NCBI GenBank assembly: GCA_951406725.2
Contig: OX597833.1
Location: 24,924,001 to 24,988,000 of the forward strand
Origin: Octopus vulgaris
Taxonomy: Eukaryota
Reading direction: 5' to 3'
Length of the DNA: 64,000 nucleotides
Of this stretch, positions 43,309 through 57,003 are shown piece after piece. Position numbers and translations under genes: made by a program. The stretch's first letter is position 1. Each line of letters opens with the position of its first letter. The notes beneath the pieces were generated by a model, which was not told the origin of the DNA, ran no database searches, and saw only the letters and a list, made by a program, of their open reading frames with translations.

Positions 43309-43530
43309 CCACGAATTAAAAGAAACATTGTAAAAAGAGGAAAGAAAAAGAATAAAAGGAATAAAGAAAGCAACAGGAAGCCACTTAGTTACCGAGATAA
43401 CAACAAAGATCGAATGGAAGGCCGAATTCCATCCCCTTCCTAACAATAAAACTAAAGAAATACAGAAAAATATGCAATATAATATAATATAATATAATAT
43501 AATATAATATAATATAGCATAATATAGTAT

Positions 43531-43561
<31 letters not shown>

Positions 43562-43971
43562 ACGCACACACACATATATGTGTGTCTATATATAAGAATA
43601 TAGTTATATAAACCTGTGTAATTATCTCCAAAGATCACTTTAGACTGAACAACAAAAACTGGAAGCAACAATTCAGTATAAAAATGAATAATAATTTGCA
43701 GACAAGTATCGTCTGTTTTATTCAAATGTCTGCCATCTTTGTTTGTTATTCTTTTTGGCTACTTCTTTCGTCTGTGGTCTTCTGATTTTTTCCCTCGTCA
43801 GCCTTTCTTGCTGTCGTCGTCATTGATTTCTTCATTTAGTCTGCCAAGACACGGAATTAAGGGTCAAAAGAATTTGGCAGCGGATGAAAAGAACTCCGAA
43901 ATAAGCAACAATCACAACAAATAAACTATTAGAACAAAACAGACGATTTCAACAAAACTTGTATTTATCCA

Positions 43972-44500
43972 TACATGACGTGTATTTCAAAAGTTTTGAG
44001 CCCAGTATACTTTCTGAGAAATAATAGTAGCAAATGAATACATATATTTTAATATATCTTTCACCACCATTAATTTGAATATCATTTTCACATCGCTTGT
44101 TCAGTTACTGAATGACATATAAAAAGAACTTTTTATCTTCCACAGCGTGCCTCTGTTGTGTGACCAACTAAAATTCTGCACTGCTGTAGAATTGTCTGAC
44201 CTTCAAATGATACTTCACATGTGGGAATATAATGGAGTAACTACATATGGAATGGGTAGTTGAAATAAATCTTCAAAACCGAATTCACTACTGGCAGTCT
44301 TTGACTCCTGAACCGGGTGTTCTTGCGTATTGTTGTAAAGAGGCAGAACATTAGCACTCAACATTCCACGAATCTTTGTCTTGATATAACCATACAGCTG
44401 CCGCAATGAAGCAGCATAATCGGCACCTATGATTGTGGTCCTGTGCAACTTGTATTCTATTAACAAAACGCATTTAGTTGCAGAGAATTGTGTCTGATCT
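43972..44500 (-). mobile_element. Decayed mariner 3' fragment
   Basis: LLIEYKLHRTTIIGADYAASLRQL..IKTKIRGMLSANVLPLYNNTQEH; TIR-like sequence near 43975. Confidence 0.7.
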
Positions 44501-45957
44501 GGAATGAGCTTAGAATTTCTTGGGAAATAGAAATTCTTTATGATTCTACTGCCTAGAAATTTCTTTGGTCTCGGGTTTAATGTAGAGTATGCACACATTA
44601 TCTCCGGGAATGATTCGAGACTTGAGCAGAAGTAGGAACTTTAGATTTTATAGAGAACATCACACCATGATATCTTGTATATACGGAATTTAAACAGGCA
44701 AACACTTTTGATATGTTAAAATGTTTATGAAAACAGATCTTTATACAAGTACTACTGGTACAGAGTTGAAAGGGAATGGAATACGTACAGTATGATTTAT
44801 GATACATTTTTCGTAACCTCTAGTTTCATGGCTAGTAACATAATGAAATAATAAGATGGTAAACACAATCATGTCCCCGAAAAAATAAAGGACAATATGA
44901 AAAAGAAATTCCGGTGTTGCATGTTTCGTTATAAATATTTTGAGGGTACAGCTACATATTTTCTACGAATTGTAAAAATTTTTGACTTTTTTAAAACATC
45001 CATCGTGCTTATTCGACATATCATGGTGAATGTAATCCTCGATCAAGACGCGTATGAGCCGCCCCATTCTGAGCATCTCATTAGATCAATAAAACAATAA
45101 GGACCCAATAGCTAACTCAGTAATTACATGAACAATTGGCTTACTTTTCTCTCTATAATTGAGTATTGTTCCCACTAAGAATGTTGCGAGTGCGAATGTT
45201 TTGACAATGTGGTTGACATTTTCTCCCGCGTCAATTTTAATAAATGGGTGACCCCTTTACAATTGCTTTTCACGTTACTATGTTCAGTTACACTTGATGG
45301 CTTTTTTCCAGACATCTTGATTTGTAGCTAAATTCAACAGTGGTGTTTATCAACAATTTTCCACAACAAAGATGTTGTGGGGAAAGAACACAAAAAGTGT
45401 TTTGTAAGAGCAAATTGCTGTGATATTATTTCTATGAATATAACAATGGAAATGAGCTGAAAGGATAAAGGAATGAGGTGGGAGAACATACTACGTTGTT
45501 TTTGTTAGTTGGAGCATTATCAGGTTCATAGAGATTTCGGTTCTTGCACGCCTAACTTGAACCATAAAATTTCCATATTCAAGACTCATAGGTATGTTGA
45601 CATAGAACATATGTTGCTACAGACAATGTTATCATGCTGATACAATTATTGTTTCCAGTTGATAATGCGAAAGTTGTTCGGTTAATTGTGGTGATGGTTG
45701 TATTGGTTTTGGCGTTAGGAATGATGGTGAAATTAATATAGATGGCGAGGTTATATATTTCTTGTTTATTTGTATTGTTGTTACAATTTAGTCTCAAGTC
45801 AATTCTCGTTGATCGATTATCAAAGACATCCCATTCAACTCTTGAAATACTTTAGGTACCATCTTTTATTTTAGATGGAATTTGGTGTCATTTTCATAGT
45901 ATTATTGTTGGTTGTATTTGTTCTGATGATAAATAGTGGCAGTGAAGGCTGGTTTAC

Positions 45958-45992
<35 letters not shown>

Positions 45993-46180
45993 CATACACA
46001 CATCCCGATTATAAATTTTTTAATTGTTCGTTACATTGTTCTTAGCTTAATCACCGAGAAGTGGCTATTTGCATAAGAAACAATTGTACTTTGTAGGTAG
46101 TATACGAGTGGGTATATGTTTACAAAAAAGAAGTTTGAAAACGCCACTATATAAGATTAATTTTAATTTTCTTAGAAGAA

Positions 46181-46228
46181 ATTTTACATGTTTCGGTTCT
46201 TCTGGAAAAAACGTACCTTATCAAAAAT
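46181..46228 (-). ncRNA. Minimal type I hammerhead ribozyme motif, U3:A8 core variant
   Basis: Minus strand AUUU-UUGAUAA-GGU(17 nt)ACC-GAAA-CAUG-UA-AAAU: stem I AUUU/AAAU, stem II GGU/ACC, palindromic ACAUGU stem III, GUA site. Confidence 0.55.
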
Positions 46229-46417
46229 ATTTTAAAAAGTTAAGTGTAATAAAAAAGTTCATAATTGTTTCTTACTTGTCTCAACAGAATCCACGTGGTC
46301 GTTTTTCGTGGGGGAGAGCATAATAGCTGTCTTGTGTGTAGACTAAATAGCAGTGACCGAAATAGCAATAGCAGCAGTGATTGTTGGTCGTAGTAGTAGT
46401 GACCATGGTGGTTGTAA

Positions 46418-46450
<33 letters not shown>

Positions 46451-46529
46451 CAGCAATAGTAGTAGTAGTAGTGATCATGGTGGTAGTGGTAGAATTCCAT
46501 TTTTCTTTTCGGGAGACCAATATATGGTT

Positions 46530-46852
46530 TTAATATTCCTGGCCCAGGGTGTTTAAACTTGGTCCGAATTTTCTAATAAAATAGAGTTCTTTACTATGAC
46601 GTTGAGTGAAAGTTACGGTGTTACTGAATTGGTTAAGTGGGAAAGTTATGAATTTGGGATTTTTATTTGAAGCACATCTGTGTATGTGGCCGCTGACAGG
46701 TATTTTCCTGTATTCAGGATTCCCAATTTGGGATTTATGTACTGCCATCCTTTTTCGTAGGCTGTTTTTTGTATGGCCAGTATATTGCCTATTGCACCCT
46801 GCGCATGTTAACACGTAAGTTAAGTTTTCTGAAGTTTGTTCTGATGGTAAAA

Positions 46853-46855
<3 letters not shown>
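46530..46855 (-). mobile_element. Penelope-like GIY-YIG endonuclease fragment
   Basis: SENLTYVLTCAGCNRQYTGHTKNSLRKRMAVHKSQI..VSGHIHRC..KELYFIRKFGPSLN. Confidence 0.9.
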
Positions 46856-46904
<49 letters not shown>

Positions 46905-47669
46905 CCATATAAACTTTTCATTGTAATGAATATGCTACCCCGCATCTTGAGCGCGTTCTCCATCTTTCCCTCTTCCCTTTTCTCTCTCTGTCTTTCACTA
47001 TTTCTCTAAATATTCAACAGAAATTCCTAAACTATATTCTTGGAGGTATTGAGTCATGTCTCCTTTTGTTCTCGGTTCAAATTCCTCTATGGTCGATTTT
47101 TCCCTTTAATTTTTCCGGTGCCAAAGAAATAACAAACAAATATTGGAAGTTTATTTATTCCACTCTCTACCTCTTTCTCCTCACGCCACCACCATCAACA
47201 CCACCACCAACACCACCACCAACACCACCACCACCACCATCAACACCATCACCACCACCACCACTACTAATACAACTACTCGAAGTTTTTGTCCTTTTAC
47301 CATCGTTTGAACTCATTATTTTTCGTTTTGCCTGATTTCTGCAAAAAAAAAGCAGCAACAAATAAAAGTAGTAAAGAAAAAAAATGGAAAAAATTCTTCA
47401 CTGATTATTACTTTGTTTGACTTCAAGAAGCAAATGAAAAATATAAAAATAAGATGTAAAATAAAAGCAAATAAAAAACCGATTATTGATTTTTAATTCA
47501 ACAAACGTGTTTGTGAATAATTTCATCCAAGAATTTAATTCGATAAGGTGTTTGTTTGCTTTCGTTCTTTCCTTTCTCTGCAAATATTGTCTAGAATATG
47601 ATTTAAGGTCAAATGGAAGCGTTGAAATCATAACTATATATAAATGAAAACTAAAATATTGAATTTTAA

Positions 47670-48590
47670 TTTGTCGGCTTAGGGGTCATAAAATTTTAAG
47701 AGAGAGAAATGGCGAATAGTTGATTGAATTATCCTTGCAGTTTTACTTATATCGACTGCACAAGGATGAAAGATAAATATGTCCTTGGAGAGATTCGAAC
47801 TTAGACCATAACTAAATACAAGCATTTAGTCATAATAAGTATTAAGAAAAATGGTGTCTGCATTTAAGCAAAACATCATATATTTAGAAGGAGGTTTAGC
47901 ATCGATGTTATCAACCCGTACATATCTACTCGAATAATACTTATACCATAGGAAAGGGAAAGGTGAAAGGTTGATGAACTGCGACGGGATTTGGATAGCA
48001 AACATAAAGAGGCGTAACTAAAGTGCGTTAAGTATATATACCGAACAGTCTACCGAATCTGCCAAACCATCACCGTTCGAATTATTGTTTCTAATTTAGA
48101 CATAGGGCATGCACACTTATTAGGTGGAGGAGGCTGGTTTATTAAAAGATCCGAGCATTTAACTGTTACTTTTATTTTAACGATTATATATGGTTAAAAG
48201 GCGAAGCTAACCATGGCAAAATATGAACGCAGATTGCAAAGAGCACACATGCAAAAATGAAAAAAAAACTCGCTGTATTCTTTCTACACTATAACGATTG
48301 TTTCAAATTCACTGCTCATACCTTTCCATTTCTGATAATTGTTTTTCATTTAGGCACAAGGATAATTAAAATTGAGAAGAGGGTTTTAGTCGCTTATACT
48401 CTTTTCAGTACTTGAGAAGTATTTTACTTTATCGACCCTAAACGATGAAAAGCAAGAATGGCCCCACTGGAATTTTGAACTTAGAAATGAAAGGGTCAGA
48501 AGAAATATCGCAAGCTTCTTTTCTGACGCTTTAAAATTTATGACAATGCATAACCTCACTTGTCTTTCTAATTCAGGTACAAGACGGCAT
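47670..48590 (-). repeat. Head-to-tail array of about four old SINE family C copies
   Basis: Degenerate TTTCTAATTTAGGCACAAGG...ATCGAC...GATGAAAGG...GAATTTGAAC units starting near 47670, 47855, 48085 and 48340, with a fifth start near 48565. Confidence 0.6.
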
Positions 48591-49595
48591 ATTTAGTAAA
48601 AGATCCCCTATTTTTCTCTTAGTCAGTTTCTATCGATATCCCACTCTCGAATCAAGCACATTACGATGTAAGAAGAGTTATGGGACAACAATCACAGTAT
48701 CCTTTGTTTTAAATTTTGAGAAGGCTTCGGTAAAGGGACAGCAATCACTTCTCTATAAGACAACTCATCAACTACTGGAATTGTTCATTGAGTGCACTTT
48801 GTGCTTTACAGAAAGAAACATAGAAGTAAGGAAAATTGTCGGATCTGTCAACGGATTTTATGGAGAAATGGAACTCCCCAACGCACGGGATGATGGCGAC
48901 TGATCGTTGGATAGATAACGGAAAAAATCCATGTTTAATAGATTCTAATTTTATAAACTAGTTCCATGATGACAAAATATGAATGCAAAATCGATTTTAT
49001 TTTCGTCTTTAACAAATTATTTCTAATTTTGACATCAGACCAGCAATTTTGAGGGTATGGAAGTCGATAAAATCGGACCCAAGGCTCAGTTGGTTCGTTA
49101 TCGACCTGAACGTATGAAAGGCAAAGTTGACTCCGGCGGAATTTTGAATTCAGAACGTACCAACGGAAGAAATATCACTAAGCATTTTGCCCGACCTGCT
49201 GGGGCGCCATTTCTTCCGGCTTAAATTCTAAGTTCAAATCCCACCGAGGTCGATTTTGACTTTCACCCTTTCGAGGTCCTCATTAATAAAGACGAGAAAA
49301 TACCTCAAAATTTCAGTAATAATTGATAGGGACTGGTATGGCTTTACCGGAATAAAACCGGGTAAGAATAGCCTCAGTACAGTCCTTGAAGAACGAAAGA
49401 TAAATTGATCAGGAAGAGGCTGGGACTTGCGATGCAATACAAGGTGACTAAACATCATAGTCTGAGTAGGAGTTAACCGATTTGAGCTTAGAACGTGAGA
49501 GAATCATCGCTAAATATGACAGCGTTTCCATTCTAAAATCTATACTGAATACAAAAAATAAAAATCAATAGTGAAAGGAGAAAAGCAACGATGTG

Positions 49596-49647
<52 letters not shown>

Positions 49648-49700
49648 AAGTAGTAGCAGTAGAAGTAGTAGTAGTGGTAGTAGTAGTGGTAGTAGTAGTA

Positions 49701-49740
<40 letters not shown>

Positions 49741-49784
49741 AAATAGACGTAGTAGTAGTGGTAGTAGTAGTGGTAGTAGTAGTG

Positions 49785-49822
<38 letters not shown>

Positions 49823-50091
49823 GGTAGTGGTGGAAGTTACTGAAGTAACAATAGCTGTGAAACCATTCAATTCCAAAGATTGAATTTTATTTGCACATAT
49901 ATGGAGTCCCACTGGGTTTAGTGTATAGGGATGGGAGAGTGTCTGGAATCTCAAAAATGGACATCTAAAAAAAGAAAACATTAACACATGGACTGCGCCA
50001 TTCTTATGTCATGCTGGCTATTGAGTGATTGTCGAGTTGCTCACACACACACACACACGCAGATGTATGCATGAACGCTATGTATGTTTCA

Positions 50092-50186
<95 letters not shown>

Positions 50187-50349
50187 AATGTACAACGTGA
50201 TTTGCCACGTCAAGTAGCTGTTCTATGTAACTACTAGTTTAACCCCAGGCAGATTGTCCACGAGCTGGTCATCGTTGCGATGTTGCACCCTTTATATACA
50301 ATATATATTACTAGCAGGGGGAACTAACCCCTATAATTCTCTGGCACAC

Positions 50350-50389
<40 letters not shown>

Positions 50390-50416
50390 GCAGGTATATA
50401 AATATATTTGAGTGTG

Positions 50417-51069
<653 letters not shown>

Positions 51070-51771
51070 TAAACAAAGTGAAATCGTGTGTTGTAATAGA
51101 TATTGCTCACATGGTAATGATCATATTTTGTCAATTATACACACGCACTATATGTTTGGTCTTCACTACAGCCTTAATATTAATATTTTAGTATCTTTGT
51201 CTTACCTCTTTCGTTTCACATCCTTTGGCTTCATCGGCGAACCTATTTCTTACGTTTCTCTCGTTTTGCGTATCCAAGATAGGAATATATACTACAAAAA
51301 GTCAACATGGAATAAGCAGAACAGGAGGCAGCATGTGGGATGATTGTCACTGGCACATACATAAATACATGCATACATACATACATACATACATACATAC
51401 ATACATACATACATACATACATACATACAACATACATACATACATACATACATACATACATACATACATACATACATACATACATACATGCATATGCATA
51501 CATGCATAAACATTCATAAACACCAACTCAAGGAATACTGGTGGAATATTCCCATCGAAACTTCTGTCGAATGTAAACATAACAGGCCAACCGGCTCCCT
51601 CCTCGGTGGAAAATTTATAATAATTAAAAGATAGAAGAAATACACACACACTCACACACATGCACACACACACACACACATACATATATATACACATATA
51701 TGTATATATATATTCCCTATATGTGTATATATATATTCCATATACGTATGTATATATATTTACATATATGT

Positions 51772-51802
<31 letters not shown>

Positions 51803-51819
51803 TACATATGTAGTCTATA

Positions 51820-52530
51820 GGTGTCCGATGACGACAGAGTCTGTGTTCTCGGCGATGAGAGCACATGTAACTCCGAAGTCCAAGCCTGGAAGCACACAGA
51901 CGCCCACAGATGTCACAACGATAGTCTCATTAATGGACTGAAGCAGATGCTGCTCTGTGACGCCTTACTCTTGCAGCATTGTGGACGCTGTCTCTGGTCC
52001 TGTACTAAGGCAGCTGCTACTCATGTGGTGTGAGACTCCCACGCTGATAATTCTGCGCCAGAGGCTTCGAATTCGGGTGGGTTAATGCCGCTCGGTTTCG
52101 GAGTGTCATTGTATTTCAGTTTAGGTCTTCTTCGTTTGCGTGAGCCCTGCGTGAGCTCGCCGTACAACAGCTGTTGTCAGTCACACACGGTAGTCAGTCA
52201 TTCTAATGATATGGCCAGTCCAGCGTAACTGATCCTTCAGCAGGATTGACTCAATGATTATTGAACAAGTTTCGATCAGCATTTCTTGGTTTGTCACACT
52301 GTCCTGCCATCGAATGCCCATCTTCCTACGAAGTGTCCTTGTTTGAAACTGTTCCAGGTGTTTGATGCGCCGACGGTATTTGGTCCATGATTGACATCCA
52401 TAGAATACTGTAGATCTTGAGCTTTGTCGATAGTTTGATGCCTTTCTGCTGCAGGACTTGCACTTCCAGTTTTCCAAATGCTTGACTGGCCTTGTGGATT
52501 ATGGATAAAATTTCGCTGTCCAATGATCAA
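51820..52530 (-). mobile_element. RTE-clade LINE 3' fragment
   Basis: KASQAFGKL..IKLSTKLKIY; YGCQSWT..IKHLEQFQTRTLR..IRWQDSVTN..QLRWTGHIIRM; terminal CDICGRLCASRLGL. Confidence 0.85.
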
Positions 52531-52589
52531 TCGGCTGTGTGAATTTATATATACATATACATACAAACAGACACACACATATTCATATT

Positions 52590-52827
52590 CTTTTACTTGT
52601 TTCAGTTATTTGACCGCGGCCATGCTGGAGCACATCGACCCTAGGACTTATTCTTTGTAAGCCTAGTTCTTATTCTGTCGGTCTTTTATGCCGAACCGCT
52701 GAGTACGGGGACGTAAATACACCAGCATCAGTTGTCAAGCGATGGTTGTAGTGGTAGGGAAACACAGACACGCAAATATATACATATATAAAGCTAAAGT
52801 TTGCCCGGTTTATAATTATACCATATG

Positions 52828-52879
<52 letters not shown>

Positions 52880-53005
52880 GCGCTTCTTTCAATTTTCGTC
52901 TACCAAATCCACTCACAAGTCTTTGGTCGGCCCAGAAGACATTTGCCCAAGGTGCCACGCAGTGCGACTGAACCCTGAAGCATGTAGATGGTAAGCAAGC
53001 TACTT
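52590..53005 (-). mobile_element. SINE family M body and tail, split at its head by two insertions
   Basis: Colinear with 16050-16407 up to GTAAGCAAGCTACTT; the remainder resumes at 57019. Confidence 0.88.
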
Positions 53006-55022
53006 TATTTCATAACATTTGCCATAAAGGCAGTACATAGAGTAAGTTAGCTTTGCGGGCTGGACGAGGACATTAATGAAATGAATGATAATGAAAGAAA
53101 GATGATGGGGATGGGAGAAGACAAAAAGCGCCCGCCGACTTATGCTTCTCTAAAACATTGTTCTTTTAAAAACAAACACAAAACGAGGTATTAAACCTCT
53201 TACAATTTTACAACTTTTCAACTTTTGGATTTAACAGTCCAATACTAACAACAACATAATTCAATAGTTACATATGATATAAATACAATACACAAAGCCC
53301 CTCCTCCCAGACCTGGCTTACACTTCCCTTAGGAATGCGCCAGCTCTAGGTCGGGGCCTCTCAAATCGTATCACAATTTATGACTCGTCCTCAAAATAAC
53401 TTGTGCCCGCATCCTCCGCCATCCACCACGTCTCCCTCAGAATGTAATCGAGTTCCGTGTTAGCGTCGCCTGGGACCAAGCTATAATCCTCATTGGGCTC
53501 CTTCAGCCCAAGCGTCACGTCGAACTCCACGGCCTCCACAGCTACCAGCGGAGGCCATTCGGTGTCCTGTGTGAAGGCTGAAGGTGCTCCCTTGTGGTGC
53601 TTTTCCATCACCTTTTCAATCTCTCCGCCTCTATGGAAGAGGATCAATATATCGTTTTTGCTCGGGTGCGGGATATTCAATTCTTTTGTTGGCGGCACAG
53701 TTCCCGCCAACGGTGTTTCTTCTCCTGTCGGTGGCACAACCCCAACCGACGTAGTTCCGGGACATTCCGGTATTATGTCACCGACTGCCGGTAATGTCTC
53801 GTTTCTCTTCCTCTTTTTCTTTTTTTCTTTTCAAAAAATCTGGAAGAACCAGATTGGCTGATTGGGTCCAAAGGGTCAAAATTGCTTTTCACCCAACCCA
53901 AACAGCCGCAGAAAGAACTTTCACATCAAGGAGCTTAGTTTCGCTGCTACCCAGACCCCGGCGGATAGTCTCCTCTATCCACTCGGGTTTTATCCCGGGT
54001 GGCAGCCCACAGATCCAAGCTTTCGCCAGTCTCTTTTTTTGGTACGTGGGCAGGAATAAAATTTCCTTACCCTCCAGGGGTTTACTAGCAAATTTGCAAG
54101 CCTCTTCAGGGGTGTCAAATAGCAACCACACCGTTGCATATCTGACACCCCCGGAAATGAATTTAATTGTTGGCAAATACTCTGCCAACTCCTTTTCATT
54201 TGCCGTCTTTTCGAATAGGGTGATAGTGTCGAGTGCCTTGGAGTAGATTCTCAACACCACCGTCCTATCTTCACGGTCTTTTAACCACTTTTTAGGCGGT
54301 ATAATCTCCCATTCCAAAATTTTGTTATTTTTCATTGCCATGTTTTTTTGGTTTTTTAAAAATATACTCAAAATAAACTTAAAAAGCGAGAAGAAAAAAG
54401 TTCAAAAGTCTAAATAAAATTCGATAGATTTTTTGAAAAAACAATAAGGAGAAAGCACGACAGAAGGGAAGAAATCAACGGAAAGTCGCAATAAACAAAA
54501 AAAACAAAAAGGGGAGTTAAATGATGTTCAAAAGAAAGTTAATAAACAGCAAAACACAACAAAAATCTTCTGGCCTTACGGTACACCCGGCCTGAGTTGA
54601 ACCTGGAACGCCGCAACTGGAACACAACCTCCACAAAAATTGGTCCAAAAGGTAATCCAAAAGTGGCTTATTCTTATAATTTTCTTGCGAGATACGCCCA
54701 CAAGAAGAATTCTCACTTCACCGTTACGGCCAAAATTTAACACTATTTTCAAACGAAAGTTTGGCAGGATACGCCCACCAAACCAATAATTTTAACAATT
54801 AAGTGAATATTTTCACTCAGCCTCAGGTAGGCCAGAGTCTAGTGAGGACTTCTTGCTTGTAAAAATAATTTGCAACATACAACAGGTCCCCACTAGACCC
54901 CCAAAATTCTTACCTTACGGCTGAGTATTCAAAAGTCTTCAATTTAAGACGGCTTTCAACAGCACGTCTTACATTTACGGTGCCCAGCACCTCATTGACA
55001 TACGCATGCGTGGAAGCAACCT
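53006..55022 (-). mobile_element. ORF1-only L1/Tx1-like non-autonomous retroelement, copy 1
   Basis: Bounded by target repeats; ~680-bp leader, disrupted ORF 54341-53378, 3' tail ending ATGAAATAAA shared with copy 2; no RT or endonuclease. Confidence 0.7.
53378..54341 (-). pseudogene. ORF1/Gag-like protein of copy 1; zinc knuckle segment missing
   Basis: TVVLRIYSKALDTI..YATVWLLFDTPEEACKFA..AWICGLPPGIKPEWIEE; stop at 53889, then KAILTLWTQSANLVLPDFL joined directly to a K/E-rich stretch. Confidence 0.7.
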
Positions 55023-55037
55023 GTTAGCAAGTTACTT

Positions 55038-57003
55038 TATTTCATATATAATTTGCCACTAGGGCAGTACAGAGTAGCTGCGGGCTAGACAAAAGACATT
55101 AATGAATGATGGTGATGGACGAAGATGGTGATGGGAGAAGACGAAAGCGCCCGCCGACTTCCGCTTCTCTAAGACATTGTTCTTTTTTTCAAAGATTTTA
55201 CAAAAATTCCAAAATTTTACATATGTTATAAGAGGCAATAAACCTCCCTCTCAATACAAAAATGTTCAATAGGTTTACGTTGCTCGGCCGACCAGCGCTT
55301 TTGCTTCACCGAGGCAATCGTTCTTCGTCAGGTTTTTATATACCGTATAAATTGAAATGAGTCCTCTGGGAAGGAATACGCGATCCTGCACAGATCGTTA
55401 TTGAGTAGGACCTCCGCAGCCAGCTGCGAAGGCCACTCCGGGTCCTCCGTGCAGGACCGAAGTCTCTCCCATTGGCCTCTCTTTCTCATTTTACGTATTT
55501 CCTTTTCTAATGTTCCTCCTTTGTAGTAGAGGACTACATATTGTTTCTCCGGCGGCACGCCCGCCGGAGGAGACCTGGGAGACGCCGTCTGCGTGTTACA
55601 ATCCGCCGCCGGCGTCCCGTTTCTCTTCTTCCTTTTTTCTTTTTACCTTGGGCCTCGGGAGGTTGAGGTTCCGGTGTTGTACACACCGGGTCCTCTTTTT
55701 CTCCCGCAGCTTCCGGTTCTTTTGGTGGGTCGCCATTGCTCCCCACTTTTCTTTTTCTTTTTGTTGAGGAAGTCACCGCTTCCTCGCTTTGTTTCTCTCC
55801 CTCCATTGGGGGGGGGGCAGGGAGAGGCTCCAACATCAACTGCTCCAGGATCCTACTCTGGTCCCTGGGACAGTTCTTAATATGGCCGGTCTCCAGGCAC
55901 AGGTGACACTTGGGGGGGGGGGCGTCCCTCAAGCATCACCGGATACCTGTACCCGGCCATCCTCAAAAAGTCCGGTAAAACCAGACTTTTGGCTGACTGG
56001 GTCCATAGGGTCAAAACAGCTTTTGACCCCTCCCAATCAGCCGCAGGCTGCACTTTTACGTTCAGTAGCTTGGAACTGCTACCATCTAAGCCCCGGCGGA
56101 TAGAGTCCTCTATCCACTCGGGGTCAATGCCTGGTGGTAATCCGCAGGTCCAAGCTCTCCATATAATTGGGGAGAAACAATATTTCTTCGCCCTCGATAG
56201 GCTGGCTTGCAAATTTGCAAGCTGCTTTAGGGGAGTCAAATAGCAACCAAACCGTTGCGTATTTAACTCCCCGAGCGATATATTTAACGGCTGGCATCTA
56301 GTCTGCCAGCTCGTTTAAAATAGTAGCCTTTGGGAAGACTGCTATGGTGTCGAGCGACTTCGAGTATGTCCTCAACACCACGGTCTTCCTTTCCAGCTCT
56401 TTTAAATATTTTTTGGGAGGTGTTAGGTCCCACACAATAGGTTCCTTTGCCATAACGTAAAGTTCAAAAACAGTTCAAACAAAAATAAAATAGGTCACAA
56501 AAAGGAGAATGGAAAACACAACAGAAGGGAAGAAATGAAAATAGAAGTTCAAAAAAAGTTATTTTTTTAAAAAATAACGATAGCTGGAAGAAGAGTTCAA
56601 ATTCAGCAAAGGAATTAATTATTTTGGCCGAAAAGGTACTCCTGGCCAAACGTTCAACAGTCTATAGTGCTTCCTGGTAAATCCCAATGAAATCAGTCCT
56701 TGGTTGTCGTTGGTAATCTCCTCGAAAGCAAATAATTTTTGAGGAAGGGCTGCGCCTCCTCAAAAAACACAATTCTCACTGCAAAGTGAGTCTTTACACT
56801 CGACTACAGGCAGAAAAATTGTCCGGAGCAAAGTGTAGTCTATTACTTGCTAAAAATATTAAATGCAAAGCAATAAACTTCACTAGGCCCCTAAATAAAA
56901 TTCAACAAATGCCTACTTGTAGTCGAGTCTCAAAAGTTCAACATTTCACGTTGAAACACGTGACAACTGGAGCAGCCAAAAAACACGTCTGAACACGTCA
57001 GAG
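55038..57003 (-). mobile_element. ORF1-only L1/Tx1-like non-autonomous retroelement, copy 2
   Basis: Same layout and 3' tail as copy 1; bounded by GTTAGCAAGTTACTT (55023) and GTTAGCAAGCTACTT (57004). Confidence 0.7.
55328..56453 (-). pseudogene. ORF1/Gag-like protein of copy 2 with CCHC zinc knuckle
   Basis: MAKEPIVWDLTPPKKYLKELERKTVVLRTYSKSLDTI..YATVWLLFDSP..AWTCGLPPGIDPEWIED..YPVMLEGRPP/KCHLCLETGHIKNCP; one stop and several frameshifts. Confidence 0.75.

Noticed and set aside
53006-57003. LTR retrotransposon or simple tandem duplication
   Set aside because: No LTR pair, PBS or pol; the two units are strongly diverged and each is bounded by the SINE target repeat.
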